Source: the human T2T-CHM13v2.0 reference genome, Homo sapiens. Taken from it: 64,000 bases of DNA. Both the position numbers and the translations under genes were made by a program. This document shows, in pieces, positions 14,976 to 28,944 of the stretch (the first letter of the stretch is position 1; each line of letters starts with the position of its first letter). The notes under the pieces are model-generated. The model was not told where the DNA came from and made no database searches. It saw only the letters and a program-made list of their open reading frames with translations. The stretch is taken from assembly GCF_009914755.1 (NCBI RefSeq), contig NC_060937.1; one strand, 5' to 3'.

Positions 14976-17219
14976 TCATGGTCTCTCTTTTGAAAAATGG
15001 AACATGTCTACTTTATATCCTGTCCTAGTGGAGCACCTCTGAGAACAAACATGGAAGTTACAAGGGAAAAACTGAGCAGGTTTACTTTAGTTGCACATTC
15101 AATATTGAGGGGTTCCCTGGGAGCTGCTCCCGGGGAAAGAGGAGCTACACTGTAATCATATGTTAGATAAAAGCGGCAATGTCTATGCTGGTGAAACTGA
15201 ACATATACTATTTGTCAGCAAAATTTCAAAAGCACCCTTCATGAGGATACATTAAAACTATTCACATGGATTCTCTACTAGCAACCTTCCTTCTGAAGAT
15301 ATCAAACTTGATGATAGCTAGCATTATCATGATTTGTCATACATTCACTCAATACTTTTACTGAGTCCAAAACTAATATGCATTAAAAAACATGATCCAC
15401 GTTCTTGATCCTTTGTAAGCCTAGAAGTTAGATAAGCAACACAACAATAACAGCATCATCATCAACAAAAGGTAAAGAAGAATGCCACATGACTGAAATA
15501 AGTAAAATACGTTTGGATGAATACAAAATTCCACCTGGGGGACTGATAAAAGCTTCGCAATGTGGCGTGAGGATGAAGCCTTCATGGGGACTTCAGCCAG
15601 GGAAACCTGGTGAGCAGGCCTAGGAGGAGGACAGCAAACACATGGGGGAGGACACTGTGTATGAGGGGCTGACAGCCGGAGCACAGCCACGAGTGTGAGC
15701 TCTTTGTTACATGTTAACTTCACTAGACAATGGGAAGTCCACAGGAGGATTCTGGGCAGGAAAGTAACAAATCAATACTTTATGAAAACTAATCCAGTGT
15801 TCACAGACGGGGAAGACTGACCAGCAGGATGGTGACATGCTGGCCATGGAGGCTCTGGAGTCTGTCTGGCTTACAAAATAACGTCCCACAACCTCTACAG
15901 CCTTGGTCTAAAAAAAGCCAGGAATAATAGTAGCACCAAGCTCAAAATTGTTGTGAGGATTTGATGAGAAATATATGATTTAAAGTAGCAAATACTCAGT
16001 TGATGTTAAATCACTGTTAGGAAGACAGAGGCCTTTAGAACAGCCCGGGTGTTTGGTGATAAGAATCAAGGTGATTTGCTTTTGGGATGCAGACAGATGC
16101 AGGACTGTAGGAACAATGCAAGGACTTGGTTAGAAGATATGACAATATTAGGAAGGGAAAGAATACAACTAACTCCCAAATTTTATTTTACAGAGAAGTA
16201 TTAATGAAGAATTGATGTGGAAAGCGGCAAACGTGGTCACCTTAGGCAATGTGAGTTTACAGTAGAGCCCATAAGCCTCATGGGCTGCTGGGAAGGCACG
16301 TCCTGGCTCAGGGTCAGACCAGGAATCACATGCTGAACCTTTAATGCCACACAAACACATCAGATGTGTGAGGGGTTACAGCATTACTCAAACTCAGCAC
16401 CTATCAAAATGGTAACATCTATTGTATGTGATACATATTTCCAAGGCCCTGCCTTCTGCTTTTCCAGATATTTTGATAACTTAATCTCTTCATAGGTAAG
16501 TGGTTTAATTCTACCATATTTACTAGGAAAAATGTATTACTGTTTAAAACAAATAAACAAAAAGCCATAATAGTCTAGACTGCAGGTGAGTGGGGGAGAC
16601 TGTGGGGCAGGCTGAACTTCCAATGGTGTCAAGTCCCTCCTGTTCTTCCAACTCTGAATTTACAACTGAAATGAGGCACTTGGTTTCTCAGGATGTTATG
16701 TGCTAGAAAGAACAGTGGCCAGTGTTAGAAATTTTAAGAACACTGGCCATTTGTTAGTTAGGATGGCAACTTGAACAAATCACTTTGTCTTGTTTCCACA
16801 TCTGTAAAATGAAGGGGATGGACTAGGTAGAAGGCCTCCATCCCAGTGTAAACACTGTGTAATCTATGCTTGTTCCATCAGTCAAACACACGTATAATAT
16901 AAATAAATACACTTATGTAAGGTCTTATGTGATATTCCCTGTACTACCAATCTTCAATGACATCAGCTTTCCCATTCACTTGCCAGTCTTTCCTGATATT
17001 GCCTATCTCATCCTAATTCCATGATTATCTAAAACACTCCACTTGGCTCAAGCCTGTCTTAATTCTGAATTATCATGGTGTGATAGGTCAACTTCCAGAG
17101 AGGGGACTATATTCAAATACAATCTAAAGAAGAATTTCATAACAGATAAAAGACCTGCACGTTTTTGCAATATGCAAATTCAAGCAATATATACAAGGAC
17201 TGTAGCAATAATGGTATCA

Positions 17220-17357
<138 letters not shown>

Positions 17358-17449
17358 TTATAACAGGTAATAAAAATTGCTAACAAAAAAATTGTGGTTT
17401 TTTGTTAAATAAATAAGTCTTTTTCAGCCTCACTGCCAAAAGTTTCTTC

Positions 17450-17452
<3 letters not shown>

Positions 17453-17498
<46 letters not shown>
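17453..17498. repeat. (CA)~23 microsatellite
   Basis: Uninterrupted AC run. Confidence 0.98.
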
Positions 17499-17500
<2 letters not shown>

Positions 17501-18959
17501 TGTTTTAAACAAGGAGCTTAATATCCTCAGATATTAAGGCAAACATCAGGCAAAACACCTATCTGACTGACAATTATGATTGGCTTGTCATGTAAGAGCT
17601 TATTTCTTTATTCAGAGAGTACAAACCTGTGAAAGCCACAGGTTTGTACTAAATAATAATAATAATTTTATTTAGTACACAGGTTTGTAATAAATAATTT
17701 AGTACCACAGGTTTGTAATAAATAATTATTTATTTCAACTCAATCCAAATCCCAATAATTAAAAACATAAAACAGTTTTATATTTGGACAATTTTTCAAA
17801 GGCCCTCTGCATGAGATTTTTAGTTTTTCTTCTAGCCAGTAGCAGCTATTTAGAATATTAAATTCTTTGATGCTGTGCTGGAAGCTGAGTTTCTTGGCTA
17901 ATGAGAATTGTTTTCTTTCTTTTTACTCCTGCTTCATGCTTGGAACCAATTTCAAGTGTAACACCTTTTTTTTTTTTGTCAATGGTATTTTTTTTAAAAA
18001 AAACCAACAACATTGAATGGAAATAATCAAATATTTGATCTACTCTTTTGGCTTTCCTTGAGTTTTCAAAATAGATATATTTACCTTCCTGATTATTACA
18101 TCAAATATACCTTGAATGGAAATTTATAGTGTACGTTTATCGTATTACACAATATAGGTCTATTATGTAACAAAACTAATGCAGAAACATATGAAACATT
18201 TAAAATCACTAATCCTATCAAAGATAATGACTATTAAAATTCTTGTATTTCCTTTCAATCTACTTTTAATGTTATATTATATATTTAGAATAATTAAGGC
18301 CCAACTGTATATACTTTTGTATCTTGCTCTTTCTTGTAAAATTATATCACAAACATTGAACAGTTCTCCATGTCTTTAAACGTTCTTCAAAAAGTTGGCT
18401 TTTGATGCTTGTTTTGTGTTGTTATATAGACTGCAAATGTTTTTACTCTCCCACTCCCATGAACCACAATATAATAAAAATCCTTGTTACAGTTTTTACT
18501 CCTTGTTTGTTTCCTTAGGATAAATTCCAAGAAATTAATCACAAAGTATGCACATTGATATATATTACCAAATGCTCCTCCATGAAGTCTTATCAATTTA
18601 CCCGTAACTAGAGAGGATCCATCATCCCAAACCAGAACTACTATTCTTATTCTGTTTCAACTTTGTCAGCTGCTGGCTGACAAAAAGTTTTGCTTCATTC
18701 TATCTTTCCTTAATGGTGGTGGGTCTCATGCCAGGTACAGAGCAGAGCACTTTACACAAATTATTTCCCTTACATCTCATATGATTCTTATGAAGTACTT
18801 TTTATTTCCGTTTTACAAAGGAGAAAACTAGGGTTTAGTGAGCCCTGAAGCCAAAGTCCAACCCCGCAGTTCCATTCTAGAGATGCAGTTCCACCCACTT
18901 CACACTTGGTGCCACTGTTACAGCTGTGGCACACTGCTATCAATTTAAGGGCCATCTGT

Positions 18960-19900
18960 TGCTATGCCTTATTTTGTGAAATGAGAGTTTCACAAACAGA
19001 ATCTTTTGCCCATTTTTCTATAAGGGGGGTTTTTGTTCTTCTTTTTTTAAAGTAATTTGAAAGGTCTCTTAACATAGATAATATATTAACTCTTTGTCAT
19101 ATCAGAACCATTTGTCAACATTTGTGTGTTCTGACTTTGAATGTGGAAGCGTTTTGCCTTACCAAAGTTTGCAATGTTTATATAATAAAAATCAATGAAT
19201 CTTTCTGTTGTATGAGTTTGTATCATGCCAAGAAAGACCTTCCATATCCCAAGATTACCACTAGTTTTATAATTTCTTTTAAAAATATTTAAATCTTTAA
19301 TCAATCTACTTTTTTACCCCAAATGGTTATCCATTGGTCTAACATCATTTCCTGAAAACCAAGTCTTTCCCTACTGATGTGAAATGACACTTTTATCACA
19401 TACCAAATAGTCTTACTGTTTATGTATCTGTGTCTGTGTCTAAAATTTCTCTATTCTTCCATTGATCTAATTGACTATTCTGGCATTTTTAAGTATAACG
19501 CTCTTTAAATACAGCATTTTTATATGTTCTACTATCTGGTATAAGTCCCTTTTTAGTACTTTTCCTTACGAGAGTTTTCCTGCCTATTCTGGCATATTTA
19601 TTCTCTATGACTTCAAAATCATTTTAAGTAACAATAAAAAAATTCTTTATAAATTGGATAGCATTAAACTTATAGTAATAAACATTACTGAGCTTTCTTC
19701 TTCCTTAAGAATACAGCATGTTTCTCCATTTCGGTCGCTTGCATGCTTCCTAGGTGTTGTGTATGTTGCGGTTCTGCACTCTACCTTCCCAAGTTCATTC
19801 CAACGTGTGTTACAGCTTTGGCTGTTCTTGCAACTAGAATTTTCCCTCCATTATATTTTCTGGAGAATGTGCTTATTATAGTCTTTGCATACATGAAAGC
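18960..19900 (-). mobile_element. Old L1M fragment
   Basis: Degenerate antisense L1 ORF2 3' motifs (TTTGCCCATTTTTCTAT, CTTTCCCTACTGATGTGAAATG, ATTCTTCCATTGATCTA). Confidence 0.6.
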
Positions 19901-21309
19901 TCTTAATGGCTTTGGAAAAACCCCAAGTTAAACAGGTTTCTTTATGGCCTGGCTTCTCAGAGACTCTAAACTACTAAAATTCTTCAAGCAGGGAAATACA
20001 TTGATACATCAGATTTCCAAACTTACTGACTGAAGGAACCATTCTGAGAAAAGTTCTGAACATCTCAGAGACTAGTATTTCAAGGACTGAATCTAAGAAT
20101 AACATGATGAGTTACTCAATTTAAATCATTCCCTCTGTACATTAACTTACAAGACTTTATTAAATCTTTAATTCTTTGTTTTAGCCACTGTCTTATATTT
20201 TGCCATATGCATGGTTCTAAAATATAGTTCTTTCTGGGTGCTAGCCAACACTCAATGATATCTAAGTGCCACGATACTGCAATAATTATTACTTCAAATT
20301 CTTCTTCTCTCCTACTTCCAAGTTGCTTTTCTTTTCTAGACTGTTGATATTCTACCCAGTTTATTTTCCCCAATATATTTATCATTTTATTATTTAAAAA
20401 TCCCTATTGGCATTTTTAATAATATCTAGAAATGTGGTATGTATCCTATCACTACAAGTCCTTTCTATCTAAAATGGTCTGCTAGCCCACTACAATTCTT
20501 TATACACAAACAGGGGCATGTCGATCTTCAGTAAATAGAGATTATGAATAACCTTCTATTTTTAACATTGTTTGTTGTTATGTAAAGTCAGTACCAGTTC
20601 CGTATAAATCTGGCACAATTAATAGGCATTCGACTTTTCCTTGCTTTGCTAATGAAAGCAATATAACGATAAAGCTTAAACTACTGTGATGACACAGCTA
20701 GCTTCACTAGTGTCCTGAGCATCAGGACTGATAAAGTGAAACACCACTAGGTACCTGCATACCTGCCAGGCAGATGAAAATAACCCCTCAAAGACTGAGT
20801 TACTCACATACCATGCTGCTCATGTATTAGATTAACAGCAAACTGGATGATCAATTGGTCCCTATAGAAAATGGCTTCATTTGGGGTCAATAAGCCACAT
20901 ATGGAGACAAAATAGAAGGAAACAGGATCAGAAAGAATCAAGTTGTCAGAGGAAGTGTCCCACCAACAAAACGTAGATAAACAGGAACAAACAAATGAGA
21001 AAAAAAATTAATCTGTGTTATGACATACATATTATAAGCAGGTTAAGGACAAACCCTACTCCACTCACAATTGCATTTGAGCAAAGAAATAAGATATCTA
21101 AGTTCCTATATCAAATATTCTAACATGTTGATTTAAAAGTAAGGCCTTTTTGATGCAGATTTATAAATGTAGCCTAATGAACCAAAGCAAATCATTACAA
21201 GGATCTTGACATCCTCCCAGTAGATAAAATCGATTTGCTTACATTTTCTGATAGTATCAATTATGGAACTTTGAGCATAAAGCTAAGTGTAATTATTAAC
21301 TGTCTACAG

Positions 21310-21650
21310 GAGTCCACTCATTAGTTGAGCACTGACCACATGCCATGAATGTGTAGGTACTGAGGATGCAGCTGGGAACAAAACAGACCAAGCCCTACCC
21401 TCAAGGAGCTTGCAGTCTGGTGAGATAGATGATAGACAAATAAACAAACAGGATACGTTGGAAGGAACGAGGGCTATGAAGAAAAATAAATCAGGATCAG
21501 AGGGTAGAGTCTGACCCTGTGCAAAGATTTTGGAGGAGACACCATTTGAGTGGAGTCCTAGAGAAAGTGCAGGAGTCATAGAGATACCTGGGGAGGAACA
21601 TTCCAGACAACAGAGGCTGCAAGTACAGAGGCCCTGAGGGAGAGTCTCCC
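21310..21650 (-). mobile_element. L2 3' fragment
   Basis: TTGAGCACTGACCACATGCC...CCCTCAAGGAGCTTGCAGTCTGG...GGAACATTCCAGACAACAG. Confidence 0.7.
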
Positions 21651-21703
21651 AACCTCACCTCTAGAGTCACAGTCACAATCAAGGCAAAGAAATGAGTGAG
21701 TAC

Positions 21704-21790
21704 CTTGTTTCTGGATCAAGGGAATCCACAAGTTTTTTATCAGCTAGTAATTTTTGCAAACTTTGATATAAATCCACATTTGTGTTCAAC
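21704..21790 (-). CDS. MIPEP: MIPEP coding exon 4
   Basis: TTCTAG|G...AG|GTACTC; 87 nt; [29 protein letters not shown]; phases match neighbours. Confidence 0.96.
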
Positions 21791-21927
21791 CTAGAAAAAA
21801 TAGAAATTTAAAAAATTAGATGATTTTCTAATACCTTATTTTTAACTTTACATGAAAAGAATGGTGTCAGCTTGTACCACACACATGCCCAGAAGCTGAA
21901 CAGCATAACCTACCAGGAACAGTGTAA

Positions 21928-22254
<327 letters not shown>

Positions 22255-23941
22255 TAGGCTGCCGTGAGGATTAAATGAGATCATGTGTGCAGCACACATT
22301 TCCTATGTGAATGAACCATGGCCACTGTTGAGCAGTTGTGCCATCCAGAGAGCAAAGGGCCCAATGCTGGGCAGTGGTCCCAACCCACCCCATAGTACCA
22401 CTAGCAGGAACCCAGTCCTCTTCCCTAAATGCAAATGCCATGGCCCCCTCAAAACTAAATAGTGAGCTGGGTCTAGATACAATCTGCACCCTGCTGGGTA
22501 GGTCTTCAAGGAGGGATAAGGTTGTAAGAACCACTCACCAGTCGCTACTCAGAGACTCAAGGATACTCCTGTTCCTCAGTTGGTTCACAAAAAAACACTT
22601 AAGATTTATATGAATCGAAGGGTTTCTGCTACCATTCTCATGGGCCTTCCCAAATACTAGTGAAACGTAGATAGTCATTACCCATCAAAAAAACACTCAC
22701 CAAGAAGGGCCAGACTCCCACACACGGATCCCAGAAGTCAGGGAGAGAGTGAGTGTGGAGGCCTACCTCCTCCCAACCTGCTCACCCACGGAGCCACTCC
22801 ATGGCAAAGGAACAGTAGCTCAGAGGCTGCCCGCACTGCCCCCACTGCAGAGGTTTAAGGAAATCTCCCAGTAGTATGTTTTATGTTGGAAGACCCTGAG
22901 ATAAAGCCCATACTTCAGTCTGTATTTGTCCTCCGACAAAATGAAGAGTGCTTGTCCATGAGACCAGCCCACGTCTAATTCGGCAGGACACAGCATGCAG
23001 AGAGCCTCGAGCAGGCAGCCCACTGCTGACTCCTTCCCAGGGGCCTTTCCCCGAGAGGCAAAGCTTTCTCCCAGGGAGTCCCCACTTTCAGCCCTGTCAG
23101 CATGCCCAGTATCTGCACTCTGCAGGGCCCCGTTCTGTCCCATTACGCAAGTTGGTTTTCAGCGGCTATGGGAAAAGTCACACACGATTGTGCCAAAGTG
23201 AACAAATGTTGGCGACCTGGGGAAAAGCAGCAGCTGCACATCTTGAAGTGTTGGGTCTTCCAAGGAAGCCTCGTCTAACCAGAGAAGCCATCACTCTCCT
23301 CCTCCAACAATTTCTGGCATATGAAATTGTCTTATCGTGTTACCCCCTTTTCCCTGTTGTAAATCCACGCTGGCGAGCCCAGGGCTCTCCCTAGCTCTAT
23401 ACACTGCCTGGCATGGTGCCATGCAGCTAAGTGTGTTGGAATACAGCGCTGTCCACCATTCAGTTATTTTAACAAGCATTATGGAGCTCTTATAAGTGGC
23501 TTAAAAATACTCACATTTACCCCAAAATCACTTTAAAATAATTCACTCTATCACAGCCTCAGCCAGAGCATGCTCCAGCCCTCCCACAGACTTTTACAGC
23601 CTCCCTAGACTCCCCTAATTCCAACTCAACAGGGACCACAAGGACACTGTTTATAGAGCATTTTGGCTTCTCGCCCCGTGGCCCACAGCCATTGATGCAA
23701 CAGCAATTTAATCAAGCGATAATCTAGTAAGTCCAACTTGCCACTAGGACACTAAAAAGCCCTTATTTAAGGTAAGTGATAATGGTGATGACAAGAATCC
23801 TGGGTGTCTGTCATCTCAGATTATCAAGTGACACCTTTACATTGATCTCATTTAACACTCACAAGGACCCTGAGGCAGGGTTAACTTTTCGACCCCATTT
23901 ACAGACAAGGAAATGACTGAGAGAACAGACAACCAGCCCTA

Positions 23942-24223
<282 letters not shown>

Positions 24224-24484
24224 CTAATAAAGGGGAAAGACAAAACCAAAAGGGAATTTGATGAGAAGCTTTCTTCCAGGATCTGAGGGTGAAAATGAAA
24301 ACTGGGTTTTAAGATGTGCCATTGGCTTGCCCTATGCATTTCCATTACTGACTTTTTCCTAAGCGAGTAAAGCAAAGCAGCTTCTTTCTGAACATTTAAT
24401 TCTGTTATTCCTTGAAACCAAGTTTGTTTCACTCCAAAAAAAGACTTTTATTATTTCAGAAAAGTTTTTCTCTTTCAAATATAA

Positions 24485-24667
<183 letters not shown>

Positions 24668-25854
24668 TAATTCTTTATTTCAAAAGAGCAGACACTGGTT
24701 TCAAATATTCTACAACTTTCTGGCTAAAATTCTTTGCAGTATGGTTTTCACATGTTAACTTATCTCCAGAAAACAACTCTTAAAGGCTTTTTTTTTTAAC
24801 TGACACATAGTATAGTTTCAAAACCCATTTAACTACATTCTAGTCTTTGATTTAACTACATGGTAGTCTTTGTGCAGAAAACAAAGGCACGGTCTCTTCA
24901 TAGTCCTTTCAATAAAATATGAGTTCGTAGTCTCCATGTAATACTGTATACAGCTACTACTGCTGCTGCTACTTAAGTCATTAGACATTAAAATGAGTGA
25001 CAGTTCTTTTTTAAAAAGATAAAATGATGTAAAACTAAATTTTTGTTTTCATGTCAACTGTAACAAAAAGCAGAGAAACTACAAAACACTACATATTTTC
25101 TTTATTTGCCAAGAAAATGTGACTATAACATGAAATAAAATCACCACAAGATAAAATTTCTTAATTTTATTATCAAATAGTTTTTAATGCCAAAACATTT
25201 AAATCCATAGTTTGGTATATTTGTTGTAACAATTGGTAACGATAAAATAACATTAGTACCAAAGTACCTGAAAAATGAGTTATGTAAATTTACAACATTT
25301 TTTTTTTACAAATTACTAATCTACGGGTTGTGAATTTATAATCAATATTAAAATTCAAAACACTAGCATACATATTAAAAACTGATTTGTAATAGTGATG
25401 AGGAAAACAGTTGTTACATAAAAACTGTATTAAAAAAGAAAACAAAATAAAATGACTATTTGGTGAAAAACAGTTTATAAAACGATTGCCTTATAACAGT
25501 ACTAATCTCACTGGCAGGTAATATCTTAAAAATTCAGATATTTTTAAGATATTAAAAATTCAGATAATCTTACTGGCAGGTAATATCTTAAAAATTCAGA
25601 ACAGAGAAAGGTTCTTTTATACCCAGAGAACTACATATACAAATCACATCTTTTTTTTTTAAGTTTTCAAAATGAGATATTATTATACACGATAAATACT
25701 AAAAATGTCAAAATAAGATATAGCGCAGAGAAGTTAAAATCTTTTAGTGAAGATCAAAAGCAAAAATGTAGAAAAAAATCCTAGAATACTGATTAAGATG
25801 AAGACTAAGACAACAAATACACAGTGAATTCTGGGATTTGTGACAGCCACGCCA

Positions 25855-26183
25855 AGTCACCCCTCAGTATCAATGGACAATGGTTTGATCCTCCCACAGA
25901 TACCCGAATCCACAGATGCTCAAGTCTCTGATATAAAATGGTGTAGTACTTGCATATAACCGACACACAGCACACCCCATACATCAAATCATATCTAGAT
26001 TACTTGTAATACCTAATGAATGTAAACAATATGTAAATAGCTGTTACACTGTATTGTTTTATGGAACAGTGACAAGAAAAGAAAGTCTGTACATGTTCAG
26101 TATGAATGCAAATTTTTTTTCCAAATATTTTTGATCCAAGGTTGGTTGACTCCACAGATCCCCCAATCTGGAGGGTTGACGAT
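25855..26183. mobile_element. MER2 (Tigger-family) DNA transposon
   Basis: ATCCACAGATGCTCAAGTCTCTGATATAAAATGGTGTAGTACTTGCATATAACC...AAGTCTGTACATGTTCAGTA. Confidence 0.85.
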
Positions 26184-26534
26184 ACAGTGAAATTCACTGA
26201 CACAGATTTTCCTTTTCTGATTTCTGTGACACAATTAGGTGAACAGGGTATGAAACCTCCTTTTGGCAGTGCGTTTCCACAGCTTCCCCATCATTCAAAG
26301 ACACATTTCCTATGCACATACTGGAGGCACAGAACAAAAACCCAGTACAACAGAACTACTCAGAGCCTGCAACTTCACTCCAGGGAAAAACCCTTTACAG
26401 TAAGATACTTTATCAGTTTTCTTAAGAGCGGGAGGCTTGTGGTGAACATATAATCATCTGAAAGGTGTTAATGCTCAAATCAGTTGTATGGGTGGAAGGA
26501 AATTTTCCAAAAAAGGAAAAAAAATAAAGATGGG

Positions 26535-26815
26535 GATGAGTTATGCTGGGTGAAAGAAGTCAGTCAAAGGTATACAGGATTCCACCTATGTGACATTCTA
26601 GAAAAGGCAAAACTATAGGGAGAGAGAACAGATTAGTGGTTGCCAGAGGTTAGTGGGGAGGGGGGGGTGTGACTACAGGGAGATTTTTGGGGGTGGATGG
26701 AACAGCTTTGTATCCTGATTGTGGTGAGGGCTGCACAAATTTATACGAGTTAAAATTCATAGAACTGTACCATCCTCCAAAAGAAGTCAATTTTACAGAA
26801 TAATAATTTTAAAAA
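26535..26815 (+). mobile_element. L1MC/ME 3' end fragment
   Basis: ACATTCTAGAAAAGGCAAAACTATAGG...AGATTAGTGGTTGCCAGAGG. Confidence 0.7.
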
Positions 26816-27412
26816 CAAGTATACATTTTTTTTAAAGATGGAGAGGCTAACAAACTTTGCAACCTTTCCAGGTAAGGATTCATGAGACCTGAGCAGCCAG
26901 CCAGCCCTGAAATGGTTGGAACAGGAGAAAGAAGAAGAGCTCGACAGATACCCTGCCTGGGCTGGCAGCCCAGCTGCACCACACGCTGGCCAGCTGACAG
27001 CGGGCACATCCCTTCATCACCCAGTGCCTTTCTTCCCTCTTGTGAAAATGGAGATATGCTGAGAAGGTTACCTCAGCTCATCCAGGGAAAGCTTCTTCAG
27101 CTAACTAGGCTGTAGAAAGGGCCTACAGTCTAGTTAAATTTCCAAAAACAAGTTAATGCCAGAATATAAACTCCATGAAGTAACAGATTGTGTCTGTTTC
27201 ATTCCTGCATGTATCCCTCATGCCTAGACAGTGTCTGGCACACAGTACGTGCTCAACATTGACTGAATGTGAGGGAAAAACCTATGCAGTTCTATACCAT
27301 GTAGACAGGATCATAAATGATCACTATTTAAATTGTGTGTGCTGCTTTCCTTGACAAGAGTAACCAAGAGTCAGCTCCTTCAAGCTGATAGGAAACCCTG
27401 CTTCCTGGAAAT

Positions 27413-28042
27413 GAGTATATCGAAGAGATATCTGCACTTCCATGTTTGCTGCAGCTCTGTTCACAACATCCAAGATGAGAAAGCAACCCAACTGTCCATG
27501 AACAGATGAATGGATAAAGAAAGTATGGTACTTACACACAATGGAATGCTATTCAGCCATAAAAAAGAATGAGATTATGTCATTTTCAACAACATGGATG
27601 GTCATTATGTTTAGTGAAATAAGTCAGGCACAGAAAGACAAACATCACATGTTCTCACTCACTTGTGGGACCTAAAAATAGATACAACTGAATCATGGAA
27701 ATAAAGAGTAGAAGGATGGTTACCAGAGGCTAGGTAGGGTAGCAGGGTGGCATGGGGGAGGTGGGGATGGTTAATGGCTACAAAAAAACAGGAAGATTGA
27801 GTAAGACCTACTATTCGATAGCACAACAGGGTGACTACAGTCAATAATAATTTAATTGTAGATTTTAAAATAACCAGAAGAGTATAATTGGATTGTTTGT
27901 AACAGAAAGGATAAATGCTTGAGGGGATGGATACCCCATTTTCCCTGATGTAATTACTATGCATTGCATGCCTCTATCAAAACATCTCATGTACCTCATG
28001 AATATATACATGTACCCACAAAAATTAAAAATAAAAAAAAAA
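27413..28042 (+). mobile_element. L1MA (MA2/3-like) 3' end
   Basis: GAATGGATAAAGAAAGTATGG...GATAGCACAACAGGGTGACTA...AAATGCTTGAGGGGATGGATACCCC plus A tail. Confidence 0.88.
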
Positions 28043-28243
28043 GAAAATTTTGCTATCTCAGCAATGGATTTCCTAGTTGCTGAAGAGATCTAGGTATACA
28101 CTTCTATTTCAAATTTAAAATGTTAAAAAAAAAAAGTCTTTACAATCATTTTGATGTCAAAACTTGGTTTTTAATTAAAAAAAAAAAAGCATTCCTGAAA
28201 AGGTTTATTAAAACTGGTTTTCACACCTCTTATGAAAAAGAAG

Positions 28244-28367
28244 TGGCTCACACTTATAATCCCAGCACTTTGGGAGGCCGAGGCAGGAGGTTCACTTGGG
28301 GCTAGGAGTTCAAGATCAGCCCGGGCAACACAGGGAGACCCTGTCTCTATTAAAAAAAAAAAAAAAG
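28244..28367 (+). mobile_element. FLAM/Alu left monomer
   Basis: GTGGCTCACACTTATAATCCCAGCACTTTGGGAGG...poly(A). Confidence 0.85.
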
Positions 28368-28770
28368 AAAAAGGGGAATTTTGTTGTAAATGTACACATA
28401 AAGTGTTCTTAGAATTTTGGGAGACACTTTCATAAATGAAGAATCTCTGTCAAATGAATATATATGTAAATATATATTACCCAAATATAGCAAATATTTG
28501 CTATATTAGTATTCATTCATTATATATTACATGTATATTTTATTAAACATACGTATTAAAGTACAAGTTCTAAATATCACCTTTTCCTATAATATTTTCC
28601 CATTCCTAATGACATATTTCATCATAAAAAATTATACCCAATGGATCTCAGTTTCAGACATTTTTAACTTTATAATCTAATATTAATAGTAAACAACAAA
28701 GGATAAATTTCACTTAAATTTTAACAAGTTGAAAGAGAGGTAGCTTCAAGTCTGAGGTAAAGCACCTTAC

Positions 28771-28944
28771 CAAGTCGGCCACTCTGCATAAGGAATCCGA
28801 GAGCTCATCGAAGATCAGCACGGTCTGGGGCCCAGGTGGGGTGGAACATGCACGGTCCACAAGCAATTCTGTCTTTCTCAAGGCTTTTTCTTGTGCAATA
28901 TGAAATCCTTCTGGGGCACTCAGCTCAGGAACTCCAAAAAGACC
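28771..28944 (-). CDS. MIPEP: MIPEP coding exon 2
   Basis: AG|GGT...TTG|GTAAGG; 174 nt; [58 protein letters not shown]. Confidence 0.97.

Noticed and set aside
22270-23480. GC-richer block with overlapping ORFs in MIPEP intron 3 as a nested gene or alternative exon
   Set aside because: No homology recognised and no convincing acceptor/donor pair; it may be an enhancer, but the sequence alone cannot show that
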